IMG/VR virus record: IMGVR_UViG_3300024254_000003
Location: 1-46,302 of that record
Reading direction: 5' to 3' (one strand)
Length of the DNA stretch: 46,302 nt
DNA from: a virus
Lineage: Duplodnaviria; Caudoviricetes
The position numbers were made by a program, and so were the translations under genes. Numbering within the stretch: the first letter of the stretch is position 1; each line of letters opens with the position of its first letter. The notes beneath the pieces were generated by a model. The model saw only the letters and a list, made by a program, of their open reading frames with translations, was not told where the DNA came from and made no database searches. Shown here one piece after another: positions 45,170 to 46,302 of the stretch.

Positions 45170-45466
45170 CTAGTCTTTTTCCCGTATTAAGTTTTCTATG
45201 TCTAGTTTGTAAAAATGGACTATGCGATTTTTTAAGTATTCAATCAATGCGCGCTCATCCTCCACCTCGCCGCTTGTCATGAGTTTGACAAGCAAATTCT
45301 TTAAAACGTCATCGTTAAGCAAAAGGAAGTCCTCAAACAGTAATCCCGCAAGCACACATTTTTCATTCTGTGTCATTTCGGTTGTTGGGGATTCGGTTTC
45401 GTTTGGACGGGTAAAATACTTACGTCCAATGTTTGTTAAATGTTCCACGTATGACGTTTTATTCAT
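45170..45466 (-). CDS. Hypothetical protein
   Basis: AAGGA RBS. Confidence 0.65.
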   Translation of the reverse strand: MNKTSYVEHLTNIGRKYFTRPNETESPTTEMTQNEKCVLAGLLFEDFLLLNDDVLKNLLVKLMTSGEVEDERALIEYLKNRIVHFYKLDIENLIREKD

Positions 45467-45481
45467 TGCAAAATCCTTCTT

Positions 45482-45667
45482 TTATATTAAGTCATTTTCA
45501 AATAACGTTTTTAGCGCTGTACCAGTGCGATCTAGCACAAGCACTAATCTCACATAATGCGCAAACATTACATCACATTTGTCTTGTAGAACGTAAGCTG
45601 ATAATCTCTTATAACCGACTTGATCGAAAATCTGTGACAATTTTTTGAATTTCGTTGACGTTTTCAT
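45482..45667 (-). CDS. Hypothetical protein
   Basis: GGAG RBS; first gene after leftward promoter. Confidence 0.6.
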   Translation of the reverse strand: MKTSTKFKKLSQIFDQVGYKRLSAYVLQDKCDVMFAHYVRLVLVLDRTGTALKTLFENDLI

Positions 45668-45729
45668 TTCTTAATCTCCGTAGTGAAACAATCCTAAGTA
45701 AGTAATTAATGTTTTAACTTATTAAGCCC

Positions 45730-45758
45730 ATTTTAACTTGCGGGGATGGGGGTGTCAA
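45730..45758 (-). promoter_or_regulatory. sigma70 promoter for recombination/csrA operon
   Basis: TTGACA-17 bp-TAAAAT on the minus strand. Confidence 0.75.
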
Positions 45759-45862
45759 CATTATTTTGTAATAAAATGTAATAATATTGAATGGGAAATG
45801 GGTTGTAATTGGACTAGGAAGAGGCTATATTACCAAAAATTACATAAAAGTGGAGTTATACA

Positions 45863-46081
45863 ATGAGAGACGTACAAAAACAATTAATAAAAATGCGCGA
45901 GAAAATGAATTGCACGCAAAAGCAACTCGCGGAACACTTGGGAAAATCGCAAACTTGGATGGCTCGCATAGAGACTGGAGACCTAAGACCGTCCGGACGT
46001 ATGACCGTGAAGCTTATTGATCTAGCAAAACATCTCAAGATTAAGTTAAAATACGAGGACTTACGACCACTGGAGGAATGA
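45863..46081 (+). CDS. XRE/Cro-family HTH transcriptional regulator
   Basis: REKMNCTQKQLAEHLGKSQTWMARIETG..RPS; GGAG RBS. Confidence 0.88.
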   Translation: MRDVQKQLIKMREKMNCTQKQLAEHLGKSQTWMARIETGDLRPSGRMTVKLIDLAKHLKIKLKYEDLRPLEE

Positions 46082-46087
46082 TTTTCA

Positions 46088-46302
46088 ATGAATGACGATT
46101 TTAAAGAAGGATTCAAAGACGGCTACAAGAAAGGCGCACAAGACGGAATGAGACAATTTGCGCGAATTTTGACAACAAGCATAAACAAGCTAGCGCACGA
46201 AAATGTAGATGCAATCGTGGCAAACATGATTGATCAAGCCCAGAAAGCACAAGCCAAAGAAGAAGATAAAGCAAAATCACGCAGTTTCGACGAACTTACC
46301 AA
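46088..46302 (+). CDS. Hypothetical protein spanning the circular junction (stop at 144-146)
   Basis: MNDDFKEGFKDGYKKGAQDG...TKQPTFQ*; GGAGG RBS. Confidence 0.7.
   Translation, partial: MNDDFKEGFKDGYKKGAQDGMRQFARILTTSINKLAHENVDAIVANMIDQAQKAQAKEEDKAKSRSFDELT
46176..46302. repeat. Terminal direct repeat (copy of 1-127)
   Basis: Exact identity. Confidence 0.95.

Noticed and set aside
13003-45648. Numerous short opposite-strand or nested ORFs in the track (e.g. 17397-17693, 22740-23081, 32024-32390, 42472-42771)
   Set aside because: They are shadows of well-supported genes, without RBS or recognisable motifs

Overview
The window is an apparently complete, circular ~46.2 kb tailed-phage genome. 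Bases 1-127 repeat exactly at 46176-46302, which is typical of an assembly overlap. It is AT-rich and has a contractile-tail (myovirus-type) morphogenesis module. A proteobacterial host is likely, inferred from csrA, a parS-like site, DnaA boxes and sigma70 promoters. Layout: small leftward genes (0.2-2.3 kb); an AAA_25/RepA-like helicase followed by an iteron origin (3.1-4.7 kb); a leftward cassette-like early region with ArdA and three near-identical sigma70 promoters (5.0-9.2 kb); rightward accessory genes with a VRR-NUC nuclease, an Acb2/Tad1-like protein and highly structured tRNA-like non-coding RNA (9.3-12.7 kb); lysis genes; a displaced fibre module; terminase with a mini-intein in TerL; portal, scaffold, capsid, sheath, tube, a frameshifted tail chaperone, tape measure, baseplate and tail fibre (13-41.7 kb); and a leftward recombination operon ending in csrA, beside a divergent XRE/Cro gene. 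I recognised no integrase, DNA polymerase or ParA/ParB. The best candidate for an undescribed system is a phage-encoded post-transcriptional circuit. It consists of a CsrA/RsmA homolog, four G-UGGAY-C hairpins arranged in pairs in the scaffold and capsid leaders, GGA-loop hairpins over several other late start sites, and a terminator placed so that late mRNA could run antisense through csrA. The second candidate is a tRNA-shaped RNA whose anticodon loop is replaced by a ~75-nt three-hairpin domain. All assignments come from reading motifs by eye; no database search or folding program was run.
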